From the NCBI GenBank assembly GCA_013824015.1, contig PNNC01000058.1, positions 5,341 through 69,340 on the forward strand: a stretch of 64,000 nucleotides of DNA, written 5' to 3'. Origin of the DNA: Polaromonas sp. Its GTDB lineage: Bacteria > Pseudomonadota > Gammaproteobacteria > Burkholderiales > Burkholderiaceae_C. A program made the translations under genes and the position numbers. Shown here in pieces: positions 29,575 through 38,898 of this stretch. Position 1 is the first letter of the stretch. Each line of letters opens with the position of its first letter. Under the pieces are notes generated by a model. It searched no databases, had not been told where the DNA came from, and saw only the letters and a program-made list of their open reading frames with translations.

Positions 29575-30455
29575 GTGTGCTGATGACCCTGGGCGGCCAT
29601 GACAAGGATCTGGGGGGCGGCTTCACCGTGCGGCGCCTGCTGCCTGCGGCGCAGCGGCAGGCGGTCGGCCCCTTCCTGTTTTTCGACCACTTCGGTCCGG
29701 TCACGATTTCCCCCGGCGGCTCGCATGATGTGCGGCCGCACCCGCACATCGGCCTGGCCACGGTGACCTATCTGTTTGACGGCGCCATCATGCATCGCGA
29801 CAGCCTCGGCTTCGAGCAGCGCATCGCGCCCGGCGCGATCAACTGGATGACGGCAGGGCGCGGCATTGTGCATTCGGAGCGCGGGCCGCTGGACCTCAAA
29901 ACCAGCAGTTATGTGAACCACGGCATCCAGCTCTGGGCCGCGCTGCCGCGCGAGTTTGAAGAGGTGGCGCCCGACTTCGAACACACGCCCGCCGAGGCGA
30001 TTCCTTCCCTGATGCGGGACGGAACGCAGCTGCGTGTGCTGATCGGCGAGGCTTTTGGGCAGAAGTCGCCGGTCCGCACCTTTGCACCCACCGTGTACCT
30101 CGATGTGCAACTGGCCGCTGGTGTCGCCTTCGAGTTGCCGCCGCTGGCGCAGGAACTGGCGGTGTATGCGGTGGACGGTGACGTCACGATCGATGAAGAG
30201 AAGCTGCCGGCACACCGGCTCGCCGTGCTGGCGCCGGGTGTCACGGTGAGCCTGCTCGCCGGCCAGGCCACGCGGCTGATGGTGATTGGCGGCGATGCGC
30301 TCGACGGTCACCGCTTCATGTGGTGGAATTTTGTGTCCAGCCGCAAGGAGCGCATTGTGCAGGCCTCGCGCGACTGGGAGGCCCAGACGATGGGACAGGT
30401 GCCGGGCGACCCGGAGCTGATTCCGCTGCCCGAGCGCCGCTTCAGCGCGGACTGA
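29571..30455 (+). CDS. Pirin family protein (long type)
   Basis: GPFLFFDH, PHPHIGLATVTY, WMTAGRGIVHSE, WWNFVSS. Confidence 0.92.
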   Translation: MSVLMTLGGHDKDLGGGFTVRRLLPAAQRQAVGPFLFFDHFGPVTISPGGSHDVRPHPHIGLATVTYLFDGAIMHRDSLGFEQRIAPGAINWMTAGRGIVHSERGPLDLKTSSYVNHGIQLWAALPREFEEVAPDFEHTPAEAIPSLMRDGTQLRVLIGEAFGQKSPVRTFAPTVYLDVQLAAGVAFELPPLAQELAVYAVDGDVTIDEEKLPAHRLAVLAPGVTVSLLAGQATRLMVIGGDALDGHRFMWWNFVSSRKERIVQASRDWEAQTMGQVPGDPELIPLPERRFSAD

Positions 30456-30464
30456 GCCCGGAAC

Positions 30465-31781
30465 TCAGGCGATATCCCGTGCCAGCCGGAGCCCGCTGAA
30501 CTGCCACTGCGCCTCCGGCGGAAAAAAGTTGCGGTAACTTGCGCGGATGTGGCTTTGCGGCGTGGCGCAGGAGCCACCGCGCAGCACAAACTGGTTGCAC
30601 ATGAACTTGCCGTTGTACTCGCCGACCAGTCCTTCCCACGGCCTGTAGCCGGGGTAGGGGTTGTAGTTGGACTGGGTCCATTCCCAGACATCGCCAAACA
30701 TCTGCGCCGGCCCTGGGTGTTGTTGTTGCTGCGGAATCGGGTGATAGGCCGCACTTTCGACAAAGTTTCCCTGTGCCAGCTGTTGGGCCGGCACACTGCG
30801 CGCCGCGAGTTCCCATTCGAATTCGGTCGGCAACCGGGCGCCGGCCCAGCGGGCGTAGGCATCGGCTTCGAAATAACTGAGGTGACACACCGGCGTGTGC
30901 GCGTCCACCTGCACCAATCCCTGCAGCGTGAAGTTCTGGTAAGCGCCGGCGTCGGTGCGCGCCTGCCAGTACAGCGGCATGGTCGCGCCTGTGGCCTGCA
31001 CCCAGTCCCAGCCCATGGACAGCCACAACTCGGGGCGGCGGTAGCCACCGTCCTCGATGAAGGCCATCATTTCGCCGTTGCTGACCAGCCGGCTGCCGAT
31101 CTCGAAGGGCGTGACATACACCTTGTGGCGCGGGGTTTCGTTGTCGAAGGCGAAGTCGCCGTCACGACCGGGGTCAAAGCCGTGCTCCCCCAAACCGCCC
31201 TCGAAACCCACCCAGCGCAGCGGCTGGGGGCTGATGCCGGCCAATGGCCACTGGCGTGCATACGCCGGGCGCGAGGGGTTGAAGGACAGCGCGTGTTTGA
31301 TGTCGGTCAGCAGCAATTCCTGGTGCTGCTGTTCGTGGTGCAGGCCCAGCGTGATCAGCTGTCCCAGCGCTGCATCGTGTGGATGCCGGGCCAGCACGGT
31401 CAGGATGCGCTCATCCACCTGTGCGCGGTAGGCCATCACCTCGTCGAGCCCGGGGCGGCTGATCAGCCCGCGTTGGGGCCGCGGGTATTTGTCACCCACA
31501 CCGTTGTAATAACTGTTGAACAGCACCCGGAAACCGGCGTCGAAGGGCTGGAAGTCAGCCTCGAAACGCTCGAGGATGAAGGTCTCGAAAAACCAGGTCA
31601 GGTGCGCCAGATGCCATTTGGCGGGGCTGGCGTCGGGCATGGACTGCAGCTGGCAATCTTCGGCACTCAGTGGTGCGGTCAGCGCGACCGAGTGTCCGCG
31701 TACCTGTTCAAAGCGGCGGGCCTGGCTGGCCAGGCATGCGTCGACCGGCGGCTGCTTCGAGAGGTGTTGGGGCAAAGGCAT
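30465..31781 (-). CDS. egtB: Ergothioneine biosynthesis sulfoxide synthase
   Basis: SPAKWHLAH, HHEQQHQELL, GEYNGKFM, RASYRNFF. Confidence 0.93.
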   Translation of the reverse strand: MPLPQHLSKQPPVDACLASQARRFEQVRGHSVALTAPLSAEDCQLQSMPDASPAKWHLAHLTWFFETFILERFEADFQPFDAGFRVLFNSYYNGVGDKYPRPQRGLISRPGLDEVMAYRAQVDERILTVLARHPHDAALGQLITLGLHHEQQHQELLLTDIKHALSFNPSRPAYARQWPLAGISPQPLRWVGFEGGLGEHGFDPGRDGDFAFDNETPRHKVYVTPFEIGSRLVSNGEMMAFIEDGGYRRPELWLSMGWDWVQATGATMPLYWQARTDAGAYQNFTLQGLVQVDAHTPVCHLSYFEADAYARWAGARLPTEFEWELAARSVPAQQLAQGNFVESAAYHPIPQQQQHPGPAQMFGDVWEWTQSNYNPYPGYRPWEGLVGEYNGKFMCNQFVLRGGSCATPQSHIRASYRNFFPPEAQWQFSGLRLARDIA

Positions 31782-31813
31782 GGTGTGTCCTGCGGCGGGA
31801 ATCGATCGAACCC

Positions 31814-32593
31814 TCAGCTTTTCACGGTTTGCGTGCGCTGGCTGTCGGACAAGGCGCCGATATCGACTTTGGGCGCCAGCGCCGCATCAACGGCCCGGCG
31901 CTGGTCGAACACAAAACACTCGCCCTCAAAATGGGCGTGGCCGTTGTCCTCGAAATACTTCAGGATGCCACCGTCGAGCTGGAAGACGTTCTCGACACCG
32001 GCCTCGCGCATGAAAATCGCGGCTTTTTCGCAGCGTATGCCACCGGTGCAAAAACTCACGACGGTCTTGCCCTGCAATTCGTCGCGATGGTCCAGCAGTG
32101 CTTGCGGAAATTCAGTGAATTTGCGAATGCGCCAGTCGATCGCTCCCCGGAAGGTGCCGACATCGGATTCAAAGTCGTTGCGCGTATCCAGCGTGACAAG
32201 CGGCCGGCCCTGATCGTCGTGGCCGGCATCCAGCCAGCGCTTCAGGGTTGCCGCATCCACCGACGGCGCGCGGCCCGCCGCGGGCTGGATCGCCGGGTGG
32301 TCCATGCGAATGATCTCGGGCTTGATCTTGACCAGCAACTTGCGGAACGGCTGGGCGGTGGACCAGCTTTGCTTGACGTCCAGGTCCGCCAGGCGGACAT
32401 CGCTGCGCAGCCATGCCAAAAAATCATGAATGTCGCTGCTGCCGCCGGCCAGGAACAGGTTGATGCCTTCTTCGGCCAGCAGCACGGTGCCGCGCAGGGC
32501 GCGGCTTTGCGCCGCTTCGCGCACGGCGGTCTGCAGCCCGGGCAGGCGGTCCAGGGCGGTGAACTTGTAGGCTGCAATGTTCAGAATCTGCAT
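31814..32593 (-). CDS. Rhodanese-domain protein, TrhO/YceA (tRNA U34 hydroxylase) family
   Basis: AYKF, EEGIN, DTRN, FCTGGIRCEKA, LDGGIL, CFVFDQR. Confidence 0.85.
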   Translation of the reverse strand: MQILNIAAYKFTALDRLPGLQTAVREAAQSRALRGTVLLAEEGINLFLAGGSSDIHDFLAWLRSDVRLADLDVKQSWSTAQPFRKLLVKIKPEIIRMDHPAIQPAAGRAPSVDAATLKRWLDAGHDDQGRPLVTLDTRNDFESDVGTFRGAIDWRIRKFTEFPQALLDHRDELQGKTVVSFCTGGIRCEKAAIFMREAGVENVFQLDGGILKYFEDNGHAHFEGECFVFDQRRAVDAALAPKVDIGALSDSQRTQTVKS

Positions 32594-32678
32594 GATGCAG
32601 CTCATTGTAGGCAGGGCCAGCGCGACGAGCCGTGCTCTGACGCACAAGCCCCGGCGGGCTCGCCTCTAGAATGAAGCC

Positions 32679-35600
32679 ATGTTTGTCCATTTACGTCTTC
32701 ACACCGAGTTTTCCGTCGTTGACGGCACCAACCGCATCGACGAAATCGTGCAGGCCGCTGCGGCCGACGGCCAGCCGGCGCTGGCCATCACCGATCTGGG
32801 CAATCTGTTTGGCACGGTGAAGTTTTACAAGGAAAGCCGCGGTGCGGGTGTGAAGCCGCTGATCGGTGCGGACGTCTGGGTGCAGGTGCCCGGCAAGGAC
32901 GCCACCGCGCCACCGGCGCGCCTGCTGCTGCTGGTGCAGAACCGCCAGGGCTACCTGAATTTGTCGGAGCTTCTGACGCGGGCCTGGACCCGCGGCGTGG
33001 TGCGCGACCAGGCCGTCATCAGCCTGGCATGGCTGCAGGAACTCGGCGAAGGCCTGATCGCGCTGTCGGGCGCCCAGGGTGGCGCGGTGGGCCAGGCGCT
33101 GGTGCAGGGCGACGGCGCACGCGCGCTCGAATGTGCGCTGTATTTCGCGGGATTGTTTCCGCACCGTTTTTACATCGAGCTGCAACGCGCCCAGCGAGTG
33201 GACGACGAGCAGCATGTGGTGGCGGCGGTGCAGCTCGCGGCGCGGCTCAGGCTGCCGGTGGTGGCCACGCACCCGGTGCAGTTCCTCGGTTACGAAGATT
33301 ACGAGGCCCACGAAGCGCGGGTCTGTATCGCCGGCGGCGAGATCCTGGGCAATGCGCGCCGCGTGCGCAAGTTCACGCGCGAGCAGTATTTCAAGTCATC
33401 GGCGCAGATGGCCGAGCTGTTTGCCGACCTGCCGTCGGCACTGGCCAACACGCTGGAGATCGCCAAACGCTGCAACCTCAAGCTGGAACTCGGCAAGCCG
33501 ATGTTGCCCGAGTACCCGACGCCCGAGGTCAATGGCGTGCGCATGCCGCCGGACGAGTATTTCCGCTACGCGTCGTTTCAGGGGCTGGAAGAGCGGCTCG
33601 CGCACCTGTACCCCAACGAGAAGGTTCGCGATGAAAAGCGGCCGCAGTACGTCGAGCGGCTGGAGTTCGAGATCAACACCATCCTGAAGATGGGCTTCCC
33701 GGGCTACTTCCTGATTGTGGGCGACTTCATCAACTGGGCCAAGAACAATGGCTGTCCGGTCGGACCGGGCCGGGGTTCCGGCGCGGGTTCGCTGGTGGCC
33801 TACTCGCTGAAGATCACCGACCTGGACCCGCTGCAGTACAACCTGCTGTTCGAGCGTTTCCTCAATCCGGAGCGGGTGTCCATGCCCGACTTCGATATCG
33901 ACTTCTGCCAGACCAACCGCGACCGCGTGATCGACTATGTGAAAGACAAGTACGGCCACGCGGCGGTCAGCCAGATCGTGACCTTCGGCACCATGGCGGC
34001 GCGCGCGGCGATCCGTGACGTCGGCCGTGTGCTCGATTTTTCCTACGGCTTTTGCGACGGCATCTCCAAGCTGGTGCCGAACAAGCCCGGTCAGGCGGTG
34101 ACCCTGCAACTGGTGCCGGCCGAGCGCAAGAAAAACGACAAGATGGTTTATGCGCTGGAGGCCGAACCGGTGCTGGCCGAACGCGAGGCCAAGGAAGAAG
34201 ACGTGCGCACGCTGCTCGAGCTGGCGCGCAAGCTCGAGGGCCTGACGCGCAACGTCGGCATGCATGCCGGCGGTGTGCTGATTGCGCCGGGCAAACTCAC
34301 CGACTTCTGCCCGCTCTACCTGCAGCCCGGCAGCACCTCGGCCGTGAGCCAGTTCGACAAAAACGACGTCGAGGCCATTGGCCTCGTCAAGTTCGACTTT
34401 CTGGGCCTGGCGACACTGACCATTCTGGAGCTCGCGCGCGAGTTCATTGTCCAGCGCCATCCGGCGCAAAAGGACTTCAAGTTCGAGAACCTGCCGCTGG
34501 ACGACCAGCGGGTCTATGCGCTGTTTGCCGAGGGCAAGACCGAAGCCGTGTTCCAGTTTGAAAGTATCGGCATGCAGCGCATGCTCCGGGACGCGCGCCC
34601 GAACCGGCTGGAAGACCTGATCGCGATGAATGCGCTGTACCGGCCGGGTCCGATGGACCTGATCCCGACCTATATCGCGCGCAAGCAGGGCAAGGAAACC
34701 CCGGAGTACCCGGACCCGCGCGTCAAGCCCATCCTCGAAGAGACCTACGGCATCATGGTCTATCAGGAGCAGGTGATGCAGACCGCGCAGATCCTGGGCG
34801 GTTATTCGCTGGGCGGCGCCGACATGTTGCGCCGCGCCATGGGCAAGAAGGACGAGAAAGAGATGGCGTCGCAGCGGGAAATTTTCCGCAAGGGCGCCGG
34901 CGTCAATGGCCTGACGCAGGAAAAAGCCGACGAGGTCTTCGACCTGATGGAGAAGTTTGCCGGCTACGGCTTCAACAAGTCGCACTCGGCTGCCTATGCG
35001 CTGCTGGCCTACCACACGGCCTGGCTCAAGCGCCACTACACGGCCGAGTTTTTCTGCGCCAACATGACCGTCGAGATGGGCGACACCGACAAGCTGAAAA
35101 TCCTGTTCGGTGACGCACAGAAGATGGGCATCAGCTTCGAATCGCCGGACGTGAATCGCGGCCACTACCGCTTCGAGCCGATCAGCAATACCAGCATCCG
35201 TTATGGCCTGGGCGCCGTCAAGGGCACCGGCCAGCAGGCGATTGCGGCGATTGTGGCGGCGCGCGAGGCGGGCGGGCCCTTCACCTCGCTGTTTGACTTC
35301 TGCCTGCGTGTCGACAAGACCAAAATGAACAAACGCACGGTCGAGGCGCTGATCAAGGCCGGTGCCTTCGACAACCTGCAACTGAACCGTGCCTCGCTGC
35401 TGGCGTCGGTGGACCGGGCCTTTGAATTTGCGGCCCAGGCCGAGGCCAATGTGAACCAGGGCGGCCTGTTCGACATGGACTCGCACGCGGCCAGCACGCA
35501 GGAGCCGCCGCTGGTCGAGGCCGTGCCGTTTGGCGTGAAGGCGCGGCTGGTGCAGGAAAAAACCGCGATTGGCTTTTACCTGTCCGGGCATTTGTTCGAC

Positions 35601-36185
35601 GAGGTCGAGACCGAGGTGCGGCAGTTCGTCAAACGCAAGATCGACGACCTGATTGATTCCCGCGACCAGACCCTGCTGGCGGCGATTGTCAGTGATCTGC
35701 GCGTGATCAACGGCAACCGCGGCAAGCTGATCATCTTCAAGCTCGACGACAAGACCGACACGCTGGAAGCGTCGGTGGATGAAGCCACCTTCAACGCCAA
35801 CCGCAACCTGCTGAAGGACGACGAGCTGGTGATCGTGCAGGGCACGCTGCAACCGGCGTCCGAACGTTTTGGCCGGCGTTTCAAGGTGACGCAGGTCTGG
35901 AGCCTCGAGTCGGCGCGTTGCCGCTTCGGCAAGTACCTGCGTGTAGCCGTCAACGGCACCGCGCCCGATGTGCAGCGCATCGTGCGCGACTTCCCGCCGC
36001 GCAAGGAAATGTCCGAGCAGGGCGAAGTCAGTCGCGGCCTGCCGGTGCGCCTGAGCCTGAGGCGCAGCAGTGTGGTCGCCGAACTGCAGCTCGGCGAAGC
36101 CGCCAAATTCTTTCCGACCGACGCGGCGCTGGCGAGCTGGATGGCGCAGGCCGACCAGGGTTTGGCGCAGATTGTTTATGAGTGA
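32679..36185 (+). CDS. dnaE: DNA polymerase III alpha subunit
   Basis: PHP domain FVHLRLHTEFS, GRGSGAGS, MPDFDIDF, YGFNKSH. Confidence 0.97.
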   Translation: MFVHLRLHTEFSVVDGTNRIDEIVQAAAADGQPALAITDLGNLFGTVKFYKESRGAGVKPLIGADVWVQVPGKDATAPPARLLLLVQNRQGYLNLSELLTRAWTRGVVRDQAVISLAWLQELGEGLIALSGAQGGAVGQALVQGDGARALECALYFAGLFPHRFYIELQRAQRVDDEQHVVAAVQLAARLRLPVVATHPVQFLGYEDYEAHEARVCIAGGEILGNARRVRKFTREQYFKSSAQMAELFADLPSALANTLEIAKRCNLKLELGKPMLPEYPTPEVNGVRMPPDEYFRYASFQGLEERLAHLYPNEKVRDEKRPQYVERLEFEINTILKMGFPGYFLIVGDFINWAKNNGCPVGPGRGSGAGSLVAYSLKITDLDPLQYNLLFERFLNPERVSMPDFDIDFCQTNRDRVIDYVKDKYGHAAVSQIVTFGTMAARAAIRDVGRVLDFSYGFCDGISKLVPNKPGQAVTLQLVPAERKKNDKMVYALEAEPVLAEREAKEEDVRTLLELARKLEGLTRNVGMHAGGVLIAPGKLTDFCPLYLQPGSTSAVSQFDKNDVEAIGLVKFDFLGLATLTILELAREFIVQRHPAQKDFKFENLPLDDQRVYALFAEGKTEAVFQFESIGMQRMLRDARPNRLEDLIAMNALYRPGPMDLIPTYIARKQGKETPEYPDPRVKPILEETYGIMVYQEQVMQTAQILGGYSLGGADMLRRAMGKKDEKEMASQREIFRKGAGVNGLTQEKADEVFDLMEKFAGYGFNKSHSAAYALLAYHTAWLKRHYTAEFFCANMTVEMGDTDKLKILFGDAQKMGISFESPDVNRGHYRFEPISNTSIRYGLGAVKGTGQQAIAAIVAAREAGGPFTSLFDFCLRVDKTKMNKRTVEALIKAGAFDNLQLNRASLLASVDRAFEFAAQAEANVNQGGLFDMDSHAASTQEPPLVEAVPFGVKARLVQEKTAIGFYLSGHLFDEVETEVRQFVKRKIDDLIDSRDQTLLAAIVSDLRVINGNRGKLIIFKLDDKTDTLEASVDEATFNANRNLLKDDELVIVQGTLQPASERFGRRFKVTQVWSLESARCRFGKYLRVAVNGTAPDVQRIVRDFPPRKEMSEQGEVSRGLPVRLSLRRSSVVAELQLGEAAKFFPTDAALASWMAQADQGLAQIVYE

Positions 36186-36239
36186 AATCAGGCTTCAGCC
36201 CATGTCCGGCATGGGCTTGCAGCTATTAAATAAATAGCA
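36183..36239 (-). repeat. Family-1 palindromic repeat abutting the dnaE stop
   Basis: aaatcaggcttcagcccatgtccggcatgggct..gctattaaataaatagca. Confidence 0.85.
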
Positions 36240-36404
36240 TTCTGGGGTTTCGGCGTGGCGTCGGCTGGTTTTGGCCTGTCATCGCGGGTTTGACCTGCCC
36301 TCCCTGCGGAACCGTGCTGGCAGCTGCTGCTTCTGCGGCGGTGGATCCCGGATCCCCGGACCTGGACGGGCCCGGTGCTGCAACACAGTCAGCGGCGCCG
36401 GTCT

Positions 36405-37313
36405 TCAGTCTTTGGGACGGAATTCCAGAATCATCGGCGTCGGCACCCGCCCATCCACGTCTTTCGGCATGGTCTCGGTGCGGATGATGGCCTTGATCAC
36501 GGCCTCGTCCCAGGCCTTGTTGCCGCTGGGCTTGATCAGGCGCTGGCTCAGGATGGTGCCGTCCGGCGAGGTGCGGACCTCGACCTCGGCGGTCGGGTTG
36601 CCGGCAATGTCTTCGGTGAAGATGATGTTCGGTTTGACCCTGGCGCGCACCTTGCCGCCGTAGCTGGCGGAAGGGCCGCTGGCCTTGAGCGCCGTGCCTT
36701 TGGCATCGGCGCCACCGGTGGCGCCGGCCAGACCCAGCGCGCGTTTGATGTTGTCCTGGCGCAGTTTCTCGGCGGCGGCGTCCGCGAGTTTTTTCTTCTC
36801 CGCCTCTTTGGCGTCCTGTTTCTTGTCATCGGCCTTTTTGGCTTCGAGCTTCTTTGCTTCCTCGGCCTTGCGTTTGGCGAGATCTTCTTTTGCTTTCTGC
36901 TCTTTCTCCTTCTTGGCCTGAAGCTCCTTGAGTTTGTCCTGCTCGGCCTTGGCCTTGGCCAGTTCTGCTTCCTTCTTCTTCAGTTCCAGCTTGCGCTTTT
37001 TCTCGCGCTCGAGCGCGATGTCCACGTCCGGCGCGGGGGGCGGTGGCGGCGCCTTGACCACAGGCTCTGGTGGCGGCGGAGGAGGGGGCGGCGGCGCAGG
37101 GGGGGGCTCGACCAGCTTGGGCGCGGCCTCCTGCGGCACGCTGGACCAGAGCTCAGCCTCAAACGACAGATCCGGGTCGCTGTGTTTCCAGTTGATGCCC
37201 CAGGTCAGCGCGCCGATCAGCAGCGCATGGACCAGCAGCGCCAGGCCAAAAGACCGCAGCGCACCCGGGTCGGGTTGCGGTGCCAGGTCGAGGCGGTCGG
37301 CGGCGCTGGGCAT
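36405..37313 (-). CDS. tolA: Cell envelope integrity protein TolA
   Basis: TM anchor, Pro run, K/E/A-rich coil, SGNKAWDEAV C-terminal domain. Confidence 0.92.
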   Translation of the reverse strand: MPSAADRLDLAPQPDPGALRSFGLALLVHALLIGALTWGINWKHSDPDLSFEAELWSSVPQEAAPKLVEPPPAPPPPPPPPPEPVVKAPPPPPAPDVDIALEREKKRKLELKKKEAELAKAKAEQDKLKELQAKKEKEQKAKEDLAKRKAEEAKKLEAKKADDKKQDAKEAEKKKLADAAAEKLRQDNIKRALGLAGATGGADAKGTALKASGPSASYGGKVRARVKPNIIFTEDIAGNPTAEVEVRTSPDGTILSQRLIKPSGNKAWDEAVIKAIIRTETMPKDVDGRVPTPMILEFRPKD

Positions 37314-37327
37314 CGAGGGTGTGGGTC

Positions 37328-37759
37328 TCAGTTGCCGGTTTGCACCGACAGGCCGACACGGGCGACACCGGCTTTTTGCAGCGCGTCCATGACCTTGACC
37401 ACGGTTTCGTACTTGATGGATTTGTCGGCGCTGATCACCACCGGCGTCACCTGCTCGCCGGCCGGCACCGAGGGCTGCAGCCGCTTGACCGCCGCCCCGA
37501 CCTCGGCCAGCCGTGCCGGCACCGACTGTCCCTCGGACTTGATCTGGATGACCTCGTCCTTGCTGATCTCGATCTGGATCGGTTTGGGTGGCTGGCCCGG
37601 CGCCTTGCCGACCTTGGGCAAGGCAATCATGCTGGGCGTAATCAGCGGCGCCGTCACCATGAAGATGATCAGCAGCACCAGCATCACGTCGATGAAGGGC
37701 ACCATGTTGATTTCACTGATGGTGCGGCGGCCGCGGCCGCGGGATGAAACTGCTGGCAT
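37328..37759 (-). CDS. tolR: TolR
   Basis: EINMVPFIDVMLVLLIIFMVTAP. Confidence 0.92.
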   Translation of the reverse strand: MPAVSSRGRGRRTISEINMVPFIDVMLVLLIIFMVTAPLITPSMIALPKVGKAPGQPPKPIQIEISKDEVIQIKSEGQSVPARLAEVGAAVKRLQPSVPAGEQVTPVVISADKSIKYETVVKVMDALQKAGVARVGLSVQTGN

Positions 37760-37765
37760 GGCTGT

Positions 37766-38458
37766 CTAGTGACCCGATGGGGACGTCGCACCCAGGTTGC
37801 GCTGCAGGATGTTGGAGAACTCCTCGATGAAGGTCTCCAGCTTGTTGGCAACGCGGTCGATGTCGTGGGCAAAACGGTTGTAGGCGACCACCGCCGGGAT
37901 GGCGGCAAACAGCCCGATGGCGGTGGCCACCAGCGCCTCGGCGATGCCCGGCGCCACCGAGGACAGCGTGACCTGCTCGAGCGCGGCCAGGCCGGTGAAG
38001 GCGTGCATGATGCCCCAGACTGTGCCGAACAGGCCGACATAGGGCGAGACCGAGCCGACCGTGGCCAGGAAGGACAGGTTGGACTCGACCGCATCGACCT
38101 CGCGCTGGTAGCTGGCGCGCATGGCGCGGCGGGCGCCGTCCAGCAGGGTGCTGGGGTCGGCCATGCGGCGCTCGCGCAGCTTCTGGAACTCGCGCATGCC
38201 GCTGGCAAATATGCGTTCCATCGGACCGCTGGTCTTGGCGTTCTGGGTGGCCGCGGCGTACAGGTCGTTCAGGCTGGTGCCCGACCAGAACTCGCGATCG
38301 AACTCGTCGTTGAGCGACTGCACGCGTTTGAGCGAGATGATCTTGCGGAAGATCGCCGCCCAGCTCGCAATCGACACGCCGACCAGCAAGGCGACCACGC
38401 CCTGCACCACCCAGCTGGCGTTCAGGAGGAGGTTGACGATGGATAAATCCTGATTCAT
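37766..38458 (-). CDS. tolQ: TolQ
   Basis: SPYVGLFGTVWGIM, PGIAEALVATAIGL. Confidence 0.95.
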   Translation of the reverse strand: MNQDLSIVNLLLNASWVVQGVVALLVGVSIASWAAIFRKIISLKRVQSLNDEFDREFWSGTSLNDLYAAATQNAKTSGPMERIFASGMREFQKLRERRMADPSTLLDGARRAMRASYQREVDAVESNLSFLATVGSVSPYVGLFGTVWGIMHAFTGLAALEQVTLSSVAPGIAEALVATAIGLFAAIPAVVAYNRFAHDIDRVANKLETFIEEFSNILQRNLGATSPSGH

Positions 38459-38898
38459 GTTGTGGTTTCCAGACGGTCAAGGAGGTCAGCGGGAAGTCGT
38501 GCAGGTTTCAGGCCAGCGGCATCGACCCAGCCGATGCGTATCGTGCCCTGACACAGCAGAACCGGCCCATGCTCTGATTTTAATAGCGCACTTTGCCCGA
38601 TTATCAGGGACGCGCGGCCTTTTTCAATCAGACTGGCGGTAACAATCAGTTCATCATCAAGCCGCGCGGGACGGTGGTATCGAATGCTGGTTTCGGTGAC
38701 CACAAACATCCCGCCGGTGCGCTCGCGCAGGGCGTGCTGTTCGATGCCCAGTGATCTGAGCCACTCGGTGCGCGAACGTTCAAAAAATTTCAGGTAGTTG
38801 GCGTAGAACACGATGCCGCCGGCGTCGGTGTCTTCCCAATAGATCCGCAAGGGCCACTGGAAGGTGGTGGCCGCCACGGCACCGGTGGCCTCAGCCAA
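38455..38898 (-). CDS. ybgC: Tol-pal-associated acyl-CoA thioesterase
   Basis: RIYWEDTDAGGIVFYANYLKFFER, PARLDD; start approximate. Confidence 0.92.
   Translation of the reverse strand: MAEATGAVAATTFQWPLRIYWEDTDAGGIVFYANYLKFFERSRTEWLRSLGIEQHALRERTGGMFVVTETSIRYHRPARLDDELIVTASLIEKGRASLIIGQSALLKSEHGPVLLCQGTIRIGWVDAAGLKPARLPADLLDRLETTT

Noticed and set aside
30465-31781. Selenoneine (SenA) or selenoprotein interpretation
   Set aside because: Motifs fit canonical EgtB; no senB/selD neighbours and no in-frame TGA read-through evident.
33396-35852. 818 aa antisense ORF (also 25002-27164, 10366-12441, 30549-32213, 48061-49638, 59080-60561 and many others)
   Set aside because: Shadow ORFs opposite well-supported genes, expected in high-GC DNA; no recognisable motifs.
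32679-36185. Intein or split in dnaE
   Set aside because: Normal length (1168 aa), continuous motifs, no intein signatures seen.
37030-37110. Poly-proline and K/E/A repeats
   Set aside because: Normal TolA low-complexity linker.
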